From positions 219,745-283,744 of the forward strand of contig CAWEPX010000027.1 in the NCBI GenBank assembly GCA_963811025.1: DNA of 64,000 nt. The letters are read 5' to 3'. The notes below the pieces were generated by a model. It was not told the origin of the DNA. It saw only the letters and a program-made list of their open reading frames with translations, and made no database searches. Source of the DNA: an uncultured delta proteobacterium (lineage in GTDB: Bacteria > Desulfobacterota > Deferrimicrobia > Deferrimicrobiales > Deferrimicrobiaceae). Below are positions 10,113-20,596 of this stretch, one piece after another (position 1 is the stretch's first letter; the number at the start of each line of letters is the position of its first letter). The position numbers and the translations under genes are program-made.

Positions 10113-11384
10113 CTAGAACCTGTTCCCGTACGGGCACTTCTGGTCCCGGATGTGCTGGTCGAACTCCTCGCGAAACTTCCAGATGAACGACTGGGCGGGC
10201 ATCACCGCGGCGTCGGCGAGCGCGCAGATCGTCCTGCCCAGCATGTTGTCGCAGACATCCAGGATGAGCGCTACGTCCCCCTTGCGCCCCTGGCCGTTCT
10301 CGATGCGGTGCAGGATCTTCGCCAGCCAGCCGCACCCCTCCCGGCACGGAGTGCACTGCCCGCAGGACTCGTGGGCGTAGAAATTCATGAGCACGGAGAG
10401 GGCGCGGACCATGCAGGTCCCCTCGGGGATGACGATGACCCCGCTGGTGCCGGTCATCGTCCCTGCCTTCTGCATCGATTCGATGTCGAACGTCACGTCG
10501 ATCTCGTTGGCCCGGAGCACCGGCGTGGAGGACCCTCCCGGGATCACCGCCTTGAGCGTCTTTCCGTCCTTCAGGCCACCCGCGTGCGTGTAAATGACCT
10601 CCCGCAACGACACGGCGGCGGGCAGTTCGTAGATCCCGGGGCGGTTGACGGGCCCGCTGACACCCACGAGGCGCGTCCCGCCGTTCTTCTCGGCCCCGCC
10701 GAGGGCGTGGAACCGGTCGCCGCCGTGGGTGACGATCCAGGGAACGTCGGCGATCGTCTCCACGTTGTTCACGAGCGTGGGCCGCCCGAAAGCCCCCACC
10801 GAGGCGGGGAAGGGAGGCTTCACCCGCGGCCAGCCGCGCTTCCCCTCGAGGGAGTTGATCGTGGACGTCTCCTCGCCGCAGATGTAGGCGCCCGCGCCGC
10901 GGTGGATGGTCACGTCCAGGTCGAACCCGGCGCCGAGGATGTCTTTCCCGAGGAACCCCTTCGCGTACGCCTCGTCGACCGCCTCCTGCAGGATCCCCTC
11001 CTCCCGGGCGAATTCCCCGCGGATGTAGATGTAGCAGACATGGATCTCCAGGGCGTAGCAGGTGATGACGATTCCCTCGATCAGGAGATGGGGCCCCCGG
11101 CTCATGATCAGCCGGTCCTTGAACGTCCCCGGCTCTCCCTCGTCCGCGTTGATCACGAGGATCCGCGGCCTCGAGAGGTCCTTGGGGAGGAATCCCCACT
11201 TGACCCCTGCCGGGAACCCCGCGCCACCCCGCCCGCGCAGGTTCGCCTTCTTCACCTCTTCGACGATCGCCTCCTTCGACATGGAGAAGGCCTTCCGAAG
11301 GGCCTCGTACCCCCCGAGCTCCGTGTAGGTGTCGAGGTGGCGGTACCGCTCGTTGCCGAAGTGTTTGGTCAGGACGAGTTCCAT
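10113..11384 (-). CDS. nuoF: NADH-quinone oxidoreductase subunit F
   Basis: NuoF 51-kDa family (GRGGAGFPAGVKW, ...ESCGQCTPCREG). Start at MELVLTKHFG (ATG 11384). Confidence 0.95.
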   Translation of the reverse strand: MELVLTKHFGNERYRHLDTYTELGGYEALRKAFSMSKEAIVEEVKKANLRGRGGAGFPAGVKWGFLPKDLSRPRILVINADEGEPGTFKDRLIMSRGPHLLIEGIVITCYALEIHVCYIYIRGEFAREEGILQEAVDEAYAKGFLGKDILGAGFDLDVTIHRGAGAYICGEETSTINSLEGKRGWPRVKPPFPASVGAFGRPTLVNNVETIADVPWIVTHGGDRFHALGGAEKNGGTRLVGVSGPVNRPGIYELPAAVSLREVIYTHAGGLKDGKTLKAVIPGGSSTPVLRANEIDVTFDIESMQKAGTMTGTSGVIVIPEGTCMVRALSVLMNFYAHESCGQCTPCREGCGWLAKILHRIENGQGRKGDVALILDVCDNMLGRTICALADAAVMPAQSFIWKFREEFDQHIRDQKCPYGNRF

Positions 11385-11401
11385 CGTCTCCCGCCGCTCC
11401 G

Positions 11402-11875
11402 TCACCGGAGCCCGTCGAGGATCGCGTCGATCGATTCCTCGGTCAGGTTCTCGTAGTAGTCGTCGTTCACCTGCATGACCGGCGCGGTCCCGCAGCTTCC
11501 CAGGCACTCCACCGTGGAGAGGGTGAATCTCCCGTCGGCGGTCGTTTCGCCCGGCTTTACCCCGATCTTCCTCGCGACATGCTCGATCAGGTGCTCCGCG
11601 CCCATCAGGGAGCAGGAGAGGTTCCGGCAGACCTGCAGGTGGTATTTCCCCACGGGTTTCTTGTTGTACATCGTATAGAAGGTGGCGACCCCGTAGATGC
11701 GCGCCGGCGTGAACCCGAGCAGGTCGGCGACATACAGAATCGCTTCGTCGGACAGGTGCCCGAATTCGCGCTGCGCGAGGTAGAGTGTCGGCAAGATCGC
11801 CGCCTCCCGGTTGGGATAGCGAGCGAGCAACCTGTCGTGCTTCGCCCGGGTCTCCTCGGAAAAGGCGAGACTCAC
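11402..11875 (-). CDS. nuoE: NADH-quinone oxidoreductase subunit E (GTG start overlapping the nuoD stop)
   Basis: VSLAFSEETRAKHDRLLARYPNREAAILP...CLGSCGTAPVMQVND matches the 24-kDa subunit; the 2Fe-2S cysteines are present. Confidence 0.88.
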   Translation of the reverse strand: MSLAFSEETRAKHDRLLARYPNREAAILPTLYLAQREFGHLSDEAILYVADLLGFTPARIYGVATFYTMYNKKPVGKYHLQVCRNLSCSLMGAEHLIEHVARKIGVKPGETTADGRFTLSTVECLGSCGTAPVMQVNDDYYENLTEESIDAILDGLR

Positions 11876-13092
11876 CGGTCCAGCTCCCCCGCGATGATGT
11901 TGATGCTGCCCAGCACCGCGATCAGGTCCGCGATCATTCCCCCCTCGCACAGGTGCGGCATCCCCTGGAACAGGGGGAAGCACGGCGGCCGCACCTTGAT
12001 CTTGAAAGGCCCTCCGCCCCCCTTGCTGACGATGTAGTACCCGAGCTCCCCGTTCGCGGCCTCGGTGGCCGAGTAGACCTCGCCGGCGGGAACCTGGACG
12101 CCGTCCATGACGTGCTTGAAGTGGTTCATGAGGGCCTCGATGGTTTCGTAGACATCCTTCTTCGCCGGCAGGATGAACCTCGGGTCGTCCACGTTCACGG
12201 GCCCTTCCGGAAGCTGGTCGAGGGCCTGCTCGATGATGCGGAGGGACTGGCGCATCTCCTCCATCCGGACCATGTACCGGTCGCAGGTGTCCCCTTCCTC
12301 CCCGATCGGCACGTCGAAGTCGAATCGGTCGTACACGAGGTACGTCTCGTCCTTCCTGAGGTCCAGGGGCACCCCCGCGGCGCGCAGGCAGGGGCCGGTG
12401 AACCCGCGGGCGATCGCCTCTTTCGGAGTGATGGCTCCCACTCCCATCGTCCGCTCGATGAAGATCCGGTTCTTCGTCAGGAGGGCGTTCACGTCCGCGA
12501 TCGCGGGCACGATCACGTTCCGGCAGATGTCGCGGCACTTCTCGACCCACCCGTCGGGGAGGTCCCACATGAGACCGCCGATCCGCGTGTACGCAGTCGT
12601 CAGCCGGATCCCCGTCAGCGGCTCGATGAGGTGCCTGTACACCTCCTCGCGGGGCTTCCAGAAGTACCAGAAGTTGGTCAGCGCCCCGATGTCGACCATG
12701 TTCGTCCCGATGCAGACCATGTGGTCGATGATCCGGGAGAGCTCGCAGATGAGGACGCGGATGTACTGGCACCGCTCGGTGACCTCGACTCCGCACAGTT
12801 TCTCGACCGCCATCGCGTACCCGACGTTGTTCATCAGGGAGGAGACGTAGTTCAGCCGGTCCGTGTAGGGGATCACCTGGGTCCAGGTGGCGTTCTCGGA
12901 CTCCTTCTCGAAGCACCGGTGCAGGTACCCGAACTCGGGGGTGAGTTTGAGGATCGTCTCCCCGTCCAGTTCCGCGATGAGCCGGAGGGTGGCGTGCGTG
13001 GCCGGGTGCGACGGGCCGATGTTGAGGATCATCGGCTCGGCCTGCATGTCGAGCGTCCCGGATTCCCTCTGGTATGCCTCGATCTCCGCCAT
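11872..13092 (-). CDS. nuoD: NADH-quinone oxidoreductase subunit D
   Basis: 406 aa, 49-kDa subunit family (NIGPSHPATHA...). Confidence 0.95.
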   Translation of the reverse strand: MAEIEAYQRESGTLDMQAEPMILNIGPSHPATHATLRLIAELDGETILKLTPEFGYLHRCFEKESENATWTQVIPYTDRLNYVSSLMNNVGYAMAVEKLCGVEVTERCQYIRVLICELSRIIDHMVCIGTNMVDIGALTNFWYFWKPREEVYRHLIEPLTGIRLTTAYTRIGGLMWDLPDGWVEKCRDICRNVIVPAIADVNALLTKNRIFIERTMGVGAITPKEAIARGFTGPCLRAAGVPLDLRKDETYLVYDRFDFDVPIGEEGDTCDRYMVRMEEMRQSLRIIEQALDQLPEGPVNVDDPRFILPAKKDVYETIEALMNHFKHVMDGVQVPAGEVYSATEAANGELGYYIVSKGGGGPFKIKVRPPCFPLFQGMPHLCEGGMIADLIAVLGSINIIAGELDR

Positions 13093-13099
13093 GCTCCCT

Positions 13100-13591
13100 C
13101 TACTCCTCCACCCCTACGGTCGGCTGGCGCCTCGCCTTCGGGTAGTCCTTCCGCAACGGATGTCCCTCGAATGCCTCGTACATGAGGATCCTCTTGAGGT
13201 TCGGGTGATCCCGGAAGAGGATGCCGTACATGTCGTACGCCTCCCGTTCAAACCAGTCCATCCCGACCCAGACCGGGATGACCGAATCGATCACCGGGTC
13301 CTCCTCCGGGACGCGGGCCTTGATGCGCACCCGGTGCTTCTTTTCGAGAGAATAGAGATGGTAGACCACTTCGAATCGGGGCTCCTCCCCCAGGTAGTCC
13401 ACTCCGGTCAGGTCCATCGCGAAGTCGAACAGGAGGTCCGGGTCGTCCCGGAGAAAGGTGCAGATCTCGACGATTCTCTCCCGCTTGACCTGGGCGGTGT
13501 CGTCCCCGAAATCGGAGTGGGTCGCCACGATATCGTCCCCGAACCGCTCGATCAGTTTCGCAAGCACGAGGCTGGGTTGTTTGTCGGTCAT
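13100..13591 (-). CDS. nuoC: NADH-quinone oxidoreductase subunit C
   Basis: 163 aa, 30-kDa subunit family; separate from nuoD (not fused). Confidence 0.95.
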   Translation of the reverse strand: MTDKQPSLVLAKLIERFGDDIVATHSDFGDDTAQVKRERIVEICTFLRDDPDLLFDFAMDLTGVDYLGEEPRFEVVYHLYSLEKKHRVRIKARVPEEDPVIDSVIPVWVGMDWFEREAYDMYGILFRDHPNLKRILMYEAFEGHPLRKDYPKARRQPTVGVEE

Positions 13592-13603
13592 TTTCCGCCC
13601 GCG

Positions 13604-14107
13604 TCAGATCTTGATTGGCCAGCGGTCCCGGGCCCGGGAGCCCCCGCTGTCGATCATCTTCTGGATGAGCACGATGGAGTCGATGATCTGTTCCGGGATC
13701 GGCGGACACCCCGGGATGTAGATGTCCACGGGCATGAACTTGTCGATCCCCTGGGCGACGCTGTAGTTGTTGTAGAAGCCCCCCGAGGAGGCGCACGCCC
13801 CCATCGCCACCACCCACTTCGGCTCGAGCATCTGCTCGTAGATGCGCACCAGGACCGGCGCCATCTTGTAGTTGACGGTCCCCGCCACGAGCAGCATGTC
13901 CGCCTGCCGGGGGGAGAACCGGATGACCTCGGCCCCGAACCGGGCAATGTCGTAATGGGTCCCGAACGCCCCCATCACCTCGATCCCGCAGCATGCGGTG
14001 GCGAACGTGAACGGCCAGATCGAATACTTCCGCCCCCAGGCGAGCAACGCTTCGAACCGGGTCGTCAGAAAACCCGGCGCGCCGTCTTTCGCGTGGTTCA
14101 CTGCCAT
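13604..14107 (-). CDS. nuoB: NADH-quinone oxidoreductase subunit B
   Basis: MAVNHAKDG...[13 protein letters not shown]...GCPP; start ATG at 14105-14107. Confidence 0.93.
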   Translation of the reverse strand: MAVNHAKDGAPGFLTTRFEALLAWGRKYSIWPFTFATACCGIEVMGAFGTHYDIARFGAEVIRFSPRQADMLLVAGTVNYKMAPVLVRIYEQMLEPKWVVAMGACASSGGFYNNYSVAQGIDKFMPVDIYIPGCPPIPEQIIDSIVLIQKMIDSGGSRARDRWPIKI

Positions 14108-14481
14108 TCGAGCGCTCCCTTTTTCCAGGCGTAGACCAGTCCCACGAGGAGGATCCCCACGAAGACGACCATCTCGATGAAACCGAACAGGCCCAGTTTC
14201 CGGAAGAGGACCGCCCACGGGTAGAGGAACGCCGTCTCCAGGTCGAAGAGAAGGAAGAGCAGGGCGATCAGGTAGAATTTCACCGAAACGCGCACGGCGG
14301 CCGACGTGAGGGGGTCCACGCCGCATTCGTAGACGCTGTACTTGACCCGCTCGTACTTCTTGGGTCCCAGGGCCTGCGAGAGGAAGACGAACCCCACCGA
14401 AATTCCGATGGCGATGATCAGGAGAAGGAGTACGGAGAAGTACGGGTCGGCAAACGGGATGGAGGAAACGAGGTTCGCCAC
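14098..14481 (-). CDS. nuoA: NADH-quinone oxidoreductase subunit A
   Basis: 127 aa, NuoA/ND3 family. Confidence 0.92.
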   Translation of the reverse strand: MANLVSSIPFADPYFSVLLLLIIAIGISVGFVFLSQALGPKKYERVKYSVYECGVDPLTSAAVRVSVKFYLIALLFLLFDLETAFLYPWAVLFRKLGLFGFIEMVVFVGILLVGLVYAWKKGALEWQ

Positions 14482-14494
14482 CGGCCCCTTCCTG

Positions 14495-15979
14495 TCAATT
14501 GATCAATATGCGCACAGACGACTCGGCGATGCGGATCACCGGCTCCCAGTATACCCCCAGCAAAAGCGTGGGGACAACCAGAATGGCCAGCATGATCCTC
14601 GGCACGAAGCCGATCGAGAGCTCTTCCGCTTGTGTCGGGTCCTCCAGGAACATGACTTTCAGGATCCGGGCGTAGTAGTACAGGGAAACCACGCTGTTGA
14701 TCGCCGCCACGAGGGCCAGCCAGTAGACTCCCTGGTTGATCACCTCGGCGAACAGGTAGACCTTGCCGATGAACCCCGAAAACGGCGGAATCCCCGTCAG
14801 TGCGAACAGGAAGACGGCCAGGGAGATCGCGGCGAAGGGCGCCCGGGTGCCAAGTCCGGAAAAGTGCGAGATGTCCTCGTCCCGGCTGACGTTTCCGACC
14901 AGAACCACCACGTAAAAGGCGCCCAGGTTCATGAAGAGATACACGACAAGGTAGAACAGGATCGCCTTCAACCCCGCCGCGGAGAGCAGGACAAACCCCA
15001 TCAGCATGTACCCTGCATGGGCGATCGAGGAGTAGGCGAGCAGTCGCTTCACGTTCTTCTGGCTGATGGCGACCAGGTTCCCCACCGTCATCGTCACCGC
15101 GGACAGGACCGCGAACATGAACGTCCAGTCCACGGAGGAGGTCAGGTGCCACATCCCCCCGGCGGCGTCGGGAGCGGCAAAGACGGTATAGAAGAAGCGC
15201 ACCAGGACCGCAAACCCCGCGGCCTTGGGGCCCACGGAAAGAAAGGCCGTCACGGGAGTGGGCGCCCCCTCGTACACGTCGGGGCTCCACATGTGAAACG
15301 GAACCGCGGCGATCTTGTACCCGAACCCCACGGTCACCAGTATCGCCGCCAGCATCAAGGGCAGGGGCACCGCCCCCGTGGCGAGCGCGTTCCCGATCAC
15401 GGAAATCTGCGTGGACCCCGTCATGCCGTACAGAAGCGAGAACCCGTAGATCATCACGCCCGAGGCGGTCGCCCCGTAGACGACATACTTCATCGACGCC
15501 TCGGTGGAGGACGCCTTGCCCTTAAGGTATCCGGCCAGCAGGTACGAGGGGATCGAGACCAGCTCGATCGACAGGTAGAGCATCACGATGTCGGTGGCCG
15601 AGGAAAGGAGGAACATCCCGAGCAGCACCGAGAGGAGGAAGACGTAGTACTCGGCCTGGGTCCTTTCCGAGAGCTCCGCGCAGTCGATCGACATGAAGAT
15701 CACGATGGCGGTCGCCAGGGCGGTCAGCACCTTGAAGAAGGCCGCGAAGCCGTCCAGGACGACCATCCCCTCGAAGAGCCCCATCCCTCCTCCCGCGGGG
15801 GGAGGGGTCATCAACGCAAAGAGGATCGCCGTGCCCGTCCCGACGAGCGACAGGAGGGCCGCGGCGGGCGAGCGACGGTTCTTCCCGGCGACGTGAACGA
15901 TGATGAGCAGCAGGATCGTCGCGGTGATCGCGAGCTCCGGCAGGAAGTAGCGGAGGCTGTCGAAGTTCCCCAGGAACAT
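14495..15979 (-). CDS. nuoN2: NuoN paralog of the second, 11-subunit complex I-like cluster
   Basis: 494 aa NuoN/ND2 family; ends 13 bp upstream of the nuoA start. Confidence 0.9.
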   Translation of the reverse strand: MFLGNFDSLRYFLPELAITATILLLIIVHVAGKNRRSPAAALLSLVGTGTAILFALMTPPPAGGGMGLFEGMVVLDGFAAFFKVLTALATAIVIFMSIDCAELSERTQAEYYVFLLSVLLGMFLLSSATDIVMLYLSIELVSIPSYLLAGYLKGKASSTEASMKYVVYGATASGVMIYGFSLLYGMTGSTQISVIGNALATGAVPLPLMLAAILVTVGFGYKIAAVPFHMWSPDVYEGAPTPVTAFLSVGPKAAGFAVLVRFFYTVFAAPDAAGGMWHLTSSVDWTFMFAVLSAVTMTVGNLVAISQKNVKRLLAYSSIAHAGYMLMGFVLLSAAGLKAILFYLVVYLFMNLGAFYVVVLVGNVSRDEDISHFSGLGTRAPFAAISLAVFLFALTGIPPFSGFIGKVYLFAEVINQGVYWLALVAAINSVVSLYYYARILKVMFLEDPTQAEELSIGFVPRIMLAILVVPTLLLGVYWEPVIRIAESSVRILIN

Positions 15980-17509
15980 CTAGATCACCATTTTCACGAT
16001 ATCGACAAGATGATTCAGGGACGAGCTCATCAGGTTGAGCACCGGCATCGGGTACACGCCGAGGATAAGCGTCATCAGCGCCAGCGGGGCAAGGCAGAAG
16101 ATCTCCCGTGCGTTGATCTCCTCGAGCTGGGCGTACTTGGGGTTGAGCGGCCCCAGGAAGACGCGCTGGAGAGCCCACAGGTGGAACGCTGCCACGATGA
16201 TGATCCCCGAGGCGGCGATTATCACGATCGTCCGGAAAGCGTCGAACGACCCGATGAAGACCATGGCCTCGGCGATGAACCCGGAGAACCCCGGCAGGCC
16301 AAGGGACGCGAAGAAGGCCACGGTGATGAAAAAGGTATAGACCGGGACGACCGCCCCCAGGCCCCCGAACCCGTCGATGTCCCGGTGGTGCGCCCGGTCG
16401 TAGACGACGCCGACCAGGAAGAACAACATGGACGTGATCATGCCGTGGGAGAACATCTGGAACGAGGCGCCGATCATCCCGGCGGGCGTGAGCGCCGCCA
16501 TCCCCAGGAGGACAAACCCCATATGGCTTACCGAGGAGTAGGCGACCATTTTCTTGAGGTCTGACTGGGCCATGGCGCACAGCGCCCCGTAGACGATGTT
16601 GATCGCCCCCAGGACGGCCATCGGGATGACGAACCACTTCGTCACGTCGGGAAAGATCGGAAAGGAGATCCGCATCAGCCCGTACGTTCCCATCTTCAGG
16701 AGGATCCCCGCCAGGATGACCGAGATGGCGGTCGGCGCCTCGACGTGGGCGTCGGGGAGCCACGTGTGGAACGGGAAGAGGGGGACCTTGATCGCGAAAC
16801 CGATGAAGAGGCCGAGGAACATGAGAACCCGGATGTCGAATCCCTGGAGCCACCCGTTGTGGGTCGTCTGCTGCATGAAGTGGAGCATGTTGAAGGTGTG
16901 CCCGCCCGTCTCCGGGTTGACCGTGTTGAAATAGAGCGCCAGCATCACCAGAAGCATCAGGACCGAGCCCAGGAGCGTGTAGAGGAAGAACTTGATCGCC
17001 GCATATTCCCTGCGCGGCCCGCCCCAGATCCCGATGAGGAAGTACATCGGCAGGAGCATCACTTCCCAGAAGACGTAGAACAGGAAGAAGTCAAGGGCGC
17101 AGAAAACGCCCATCATGCCGGTCTCGAGCAGGAGGAGAAGGGCCATGTATCCCTTGATCTGTTTCGCGATATTCCAGGAACCGATCACCGCCAGGAAGGA
17201 GATGATCGCCGTGAGGATGATCATCGGCATCGAGATCCCGTCGGCTCCCAGGAAATACTCGACATTGATCGAAGGGATCCAGGAATAGTGCTCGACGAAC
17301 TGGAACTGGCTCGCCACGTTCACGCCGGCCACCGTGCGGTCGAAGGTGAACCAGAGCTGGACCGCGAGGGGGATGGGAAGAAACGAGGCCACAGCGGCGA
17401 TTCTCTTGACGGATTCGTCCCTGCCCCCGGGCATCAGGAGGATCACCGCCGCGCCGGCCAGGGGAAGGAACGTCATCAGGCTCAGGATGTGGTTGTTGAT
17501 AAAGTCCAA
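15980..17509 (-). CDS. nuoM2: NuoM paralog (cluster 2)
   Basis: 509 aa NuoM/ND4 family. Confidence 0.92.
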   Translation of the reverse strand: MDFINNHILSLMTFLPLAGAAVILLMPGGRDESVKRIAAVASFLPIPLAVQLWFTFDRTVAGVNVASQFQFVEHYSWIPSINVEYFLGADGISMPMIILTAIISFLAVIGSWNIAKQIKGYMALLLLLETGMMGVFCALDFFLFYVFWEVMLLPMYFLIGIWGGPRREYAAIKFFLYTLLGSVLMLLVMLALYFNTVNPETGGHTFNMLHFMQQTTHNGWLQGFDIRVLMFLGLFIGFAIKVPLFPFHTWLPDAHVEAPTAISVILAGILLKMGTYGLMRISFPIFPDVTKWFVIPMAVLGAINIVYGALCAMAQSDLKKMVAYSSVSHMGFVLLGMAALTPAGMIGASFQMFSHGMITSMLFFLVGVVYDRAHHRDIDGFGGLGAVVPVYTFFITVAFFASLGLPGFSGFIAEAMVFIGSFDAFRTIVIIAASGIIIVAAFHLWALQRVFLGPLNPKYAQLEEINAREIFCLAPLALMTLILGVYPMPVLNLMSSSLNHLVDIVKMVI

Positions 17510-17525
17510 GGAAGACCTCCTCCGG

Positions 17526-19730
17526 TCAGAAAACTTTTATCAGGAAAATGATCAGCGCCCCGCCGGCCAGCACGAACACGTAGTGGTAGAGCTTCCCGGT
17601 CTGGAAACGGCGGAAGATGGATCCACTGCCGATCGTGACATCGGCCACGCCGTTCACCGCGCCGTCGACCACACCGTTGTCGAACTTTCCCGTGAGATAC
17701 GAGATCCAGACGCCCATCTGCGCGCAGAGGTTGACGAGTCCGTCCACGACGTGCAGGTCGAACCACCCCAGCGCGCGGGAAAAGGCCTTCGTCCCGTTGA
17801 CGGCCGTCGCCTCGTACAGCTCGTCGAAGTACCACTTGTTCAGGAGGAACGTGTGGACGGGCCGGAACGCGGAGGCCACCTTGTCGGGGTTGATCCACCC
17901 GAACAGGTAGACGACGAACGCAAGCCCGATCCCCAGGGCACCGAAGAGAATCGAAAGACGCATCGCCCAGGTGTGGGCCACGTGCGCCAGGTGCTCGTCG
18001 TGACCGCCCCCTTCCGTTCCCTGCGCGGCGTGCCCCCCGGAAGCCTCGTGCTCTCCCGCCGTCGCCGCACCCTCGTGGGTTGTCGGGGAGGCGTGGCCTT
18101 CCTTTGCGGCGTGCGCCGCATCCGGGGGCCGGACCGGTTCCGCGGCATGGGCGGAGGAGCTCCACGCATAGGGCGTCTCAAGGGCCCCGGCGTGCGAAGT
18201 CGACGCCGCTTCCCCCATGTGCCCCCCCGAGGAAGGCGCGGAAACCGCGGCGACGACCGGGATCACGGGAGCCGGCTTCTTGACCAGGTCGCCGAACCAC
18301 CCGCTGTACCAGAAGGAGAACGACAGCCCCGCCAGGACCACGAGGGGAACCCACATGTTGGGAGGCGACTCGTGGGCATGATCGAACTTGTGCTGGTCCT
18401 TCGGCTTTCCCAGGAACGTGAGGATCACGAGCCGGAACATGTAGAAGGCCGTCATCCCCGCGGTCAGGAGCGCTCCAGCGAACAGGATCATGTGCTGCGT
18501 ATTCTTCATCCCGAACTCGAGAGCGGCGCCCAGGATCATGTCCTTGCTGTAGAAGCCGGAAAAGAACGGGACCCCCGATATCGCGAGCGTGGCGATGAGG
18601 AAGGTGATGAAGGTGATCGGCATCTTCTTTCGCAGCCCGCCCATGTCGGTGATCTCCTGGCTGTGCACCGCGTGGATCACCGACCCGGAGCCGAGGAACA
18701 GGCACGCCTTGAAGGCGGCGTGGGTGGTCAGGTGCGCCAGGCCCGCAGTGAAGCCCCCTACCCCCAGGCCCAGGATCATGTATCCGAGCTGGGAGCAGGT
18801 GGAGTAGGCCAGGACCTTCTTGATGTCGGTCGCCGTGATCGCGATCGTGCCCGCGATGAACAGGGTGATGAGCCCGATGTAGGCGATGACGAGGAAGGCG
18901 TCCGGCGTGAAGATCGGGTATACGCGCCCGACGAGGTAAACGCCCGCGGCCACCATCGTCGCCGCATGGATCAACGCCGAGACCGGCGTGGGGCCTTCCA
19001 TCGCGTCAGGGAGCCAGACGTGGAGCGGGAACTGCGCCGATTTGCCGATCGCGCCGCAGAAGATCCCGATCCCCGCCAGGGTCAGAAGCGTCCCCGATAT
19101 CTTGCCGTCGGCGATCGCCCGGAACACCTCGTCGTACCCCAGCACCCCGGTCGTGGCGAACAGGAGCAGGAACCCGAGCAGGAACCCGAAATCGCCGATC
19201 CGGTTCACGATGAACGCCTTCTTCCCGGCGTCGGCGGCCGACTTCTTCTCGAACCAGAACCCGATGAGCGCGTAGGAGGAAAATCCGACCAGCTCCCAGA
19301 AGATATAGATGAAGAAGAAGCTCTCGGCCAGGACAAGCCCGAGCATGGAGAACGAGAAGATCGAGAGGTAGGCGAAGAACCGGCTGTACTTCGGGTCCCC
19401 GTGCATGTAGCCCACCGAGAACAGGTGAACGAGGAACGAGACGAGGGTCACGACGACGAGCATCACGGCCGTCAGGTTGTCGACGAGGATCCCCGCGTTG
19501 ATGACGAACCGGCCGTTCAGGGACAGCCACGGGACCACGACGTGATACTTGAAGTTCGGATCGTAGATCCGGAAGACCTCGAAGAAGATCACGAGCGACA
19601 TCACGAGCCCTGCGCCGATCGTGGCGAGGGAGACCCAGTCTCCCTTGCGGGGAAGCCGCTTCCCGACCGCGATGTTGATGAAGAAGGAGAGCAGCGGCAG
19701 GAACGGGATGATGTAGGCGTATCGGATCAA
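17526..19730 (-). CDS. nuoL2: NuoL paralog (cluster 2) with a ~100-aa His/Ala/Gly/Glu-rich insertion near the C-terminus
   Basis: NuoL core (WELVGFSSYALIGFWFEKKSAADAGKKAF...) plus the insertion SAPSSGGHMGEAASTSHAG...HDEHLAHVAH before the last TM helix. Confidence 0.92.
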   Translation of the reverse strand: MIRYAYIIPFLPLLSFFINIAVGKRLPRKGDWVSLATIGAGLVMSLVIFFEVFRIYDPNFKYHVVVPWLSLNGRFVINAGILVDNLTAVMLVVVTLVSFLVHLFSVGYMHGDPKYSRFFAYLSIFSFSMLGLVLAESFFFIYIFWELVGFSSYALIGFWFEKKSAADAGKKAFIVNRIGDFGFLLGFLLLFATTGVLGYDEVFRAIADGKISGTLLTLAGIGIFCGAIGKSAQFPLHVWLPDAMEGPTPVSALIHAATMVAAGVYLVGRVYPIFTPDAFLVIAYIGLITLFIAGTIAITATDIKKVLAYSTCSQLGYMILGLGVGGFTAGLAHLTTHAAFKACLFLGSGSVIHAVHSQEITDMGGLRKKMPITFITFLIATLAISGVPFFSGFYSKDMILGAALEFGMKNTQHMILFAGALLTAGMTAFYMFRLVILTFLGKPKDQHKFDHAHESPPNMWVPLVVLAGLSFSFWYSGWFGDLVKKPAPVIPVVAAVSAPSSGGHMGEAASTSHAGALETPYAWSSSAHAAEPVRPPDAAHAAKEGHASPTTHEGAATAGEHEASGGHAAQGTEGGGHDEHLAHVAHTWAMRLSILFGALGIGLAFVVYLFGWINPDKVASAFRPVHTFLLNKWYFDELYEATAVNGTKAFSRALGWFDLHVVDGLVNLCAQMGVWISYLTGKFDNGVVDGAVNGVADVTIGSGSIFRRFQTGKLYHYVFVLAGGALIIFLIKVF

Positions 19731-19759
19731 CGGTTCACCCTTTCATTTCGCATGCGGCG

Positions 19760-20062
19760 TCAACCACGGAGGTGGTCGGCCGCGTCCACTTCCACGGTGC
19801 CCGTGGTGGCGAACAGCCGCAGGAAGATGGCCAGCGCGACGGCCGCCTCGGCGGCCGCGAGCACGATGACGAAAACGGCGAAGATCTGCCCCCCGATCAG
19901 CCGTGACACGTAGTGCGAAAACGCCACGAAATTGATGTTGGCGGCGTTCAGGACCAGTTCCACCCCCATGAGGACGGCCACCGCGTTGCGCCGCGTCAGG
20001 ATCGTGTACAGGCCGCAGCAGAAAATAGCGGCGCCGATGACCAGCAGTTTGTCCAGGGTCAT
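19760..20062 (-). CDS. nuoK2: NuoK paralog (cluster 2)
   Basis: 100 aa NuoK family. Confidence 0.92.
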   Translation of the reverse strand: MTLDKLLVIGAAIFCCGLYTILTRRNAVAVLMGVELVLNAANINFVAFSHYVSRLIGGQIFAVFVIVLAAAEAAVALAIFLRLFATTGTVEVDAADHLRG

Positions 20063-20596
20063 CTACTTCGGCTCCTCCATGTCGGGTCTCGGGATATCGG
20101 GTCGATCGGGGCGCGAAAGGAGCGCCGCGCCGATGAGGGCGGCGAGAAGCAGCACGGAGGCGACCTCGAACGGGAGCAGGTACCGGGTCATCAGAAGTTC
20201 GCCGATCTCGGCCGTGGTCGGCTGGTACGTGATCTGCGCCTTCGGTACAAAGACCGGGGAAACCGCCGTGTACGCCAGCACGCCGAACAGGGCAAGGCAG
20301 GTCACCGCCGCGGGGATCCGGAAATGAACGGGGTTGGACAGCTTGACGGAGGAGATCCGGCTCGAGAGGAACACCGCGAACATGATCAGCACGAGAATCC
20401 CCCCGACGTACACCAGCACCTGCGTGGCCGCCAGGAAGTCCGCAGAGAGGAGCACGTACAGCCCCGCCACGCCGCCAAATGTGAACAGCAGCGCCACCGC
20501 TGCGTAGATGATGTTCGGGAGGGTCGCCACGAGAATCGCGGAGCCGACCGTGAGGGCAGCCAGCACGTAGAAGATCAGATCCACCGGTCCCTTCAT
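20063..20596 (-). CDS. nuoJ2: NuoJ paralog (cluster 2)
   Basis: 177 aa NuoJ family. Confidence 0.88.
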   Translation of the reverse strand: MKGPVDLIFYVLAALTVGSAILVATLPNIIYAAVALLFTFGGVAGLYVLLSADFLAATQVLVYVGGILVLIMFAVFLSSRISSVKLSNPVHFRIPAAVTCLALFGVLAYTAVSPVFVPKAQITYQPTTAEIGELLMTRYLLPFEVASVLLLAALIGAALLSRPDRPDIPRPDMEEPK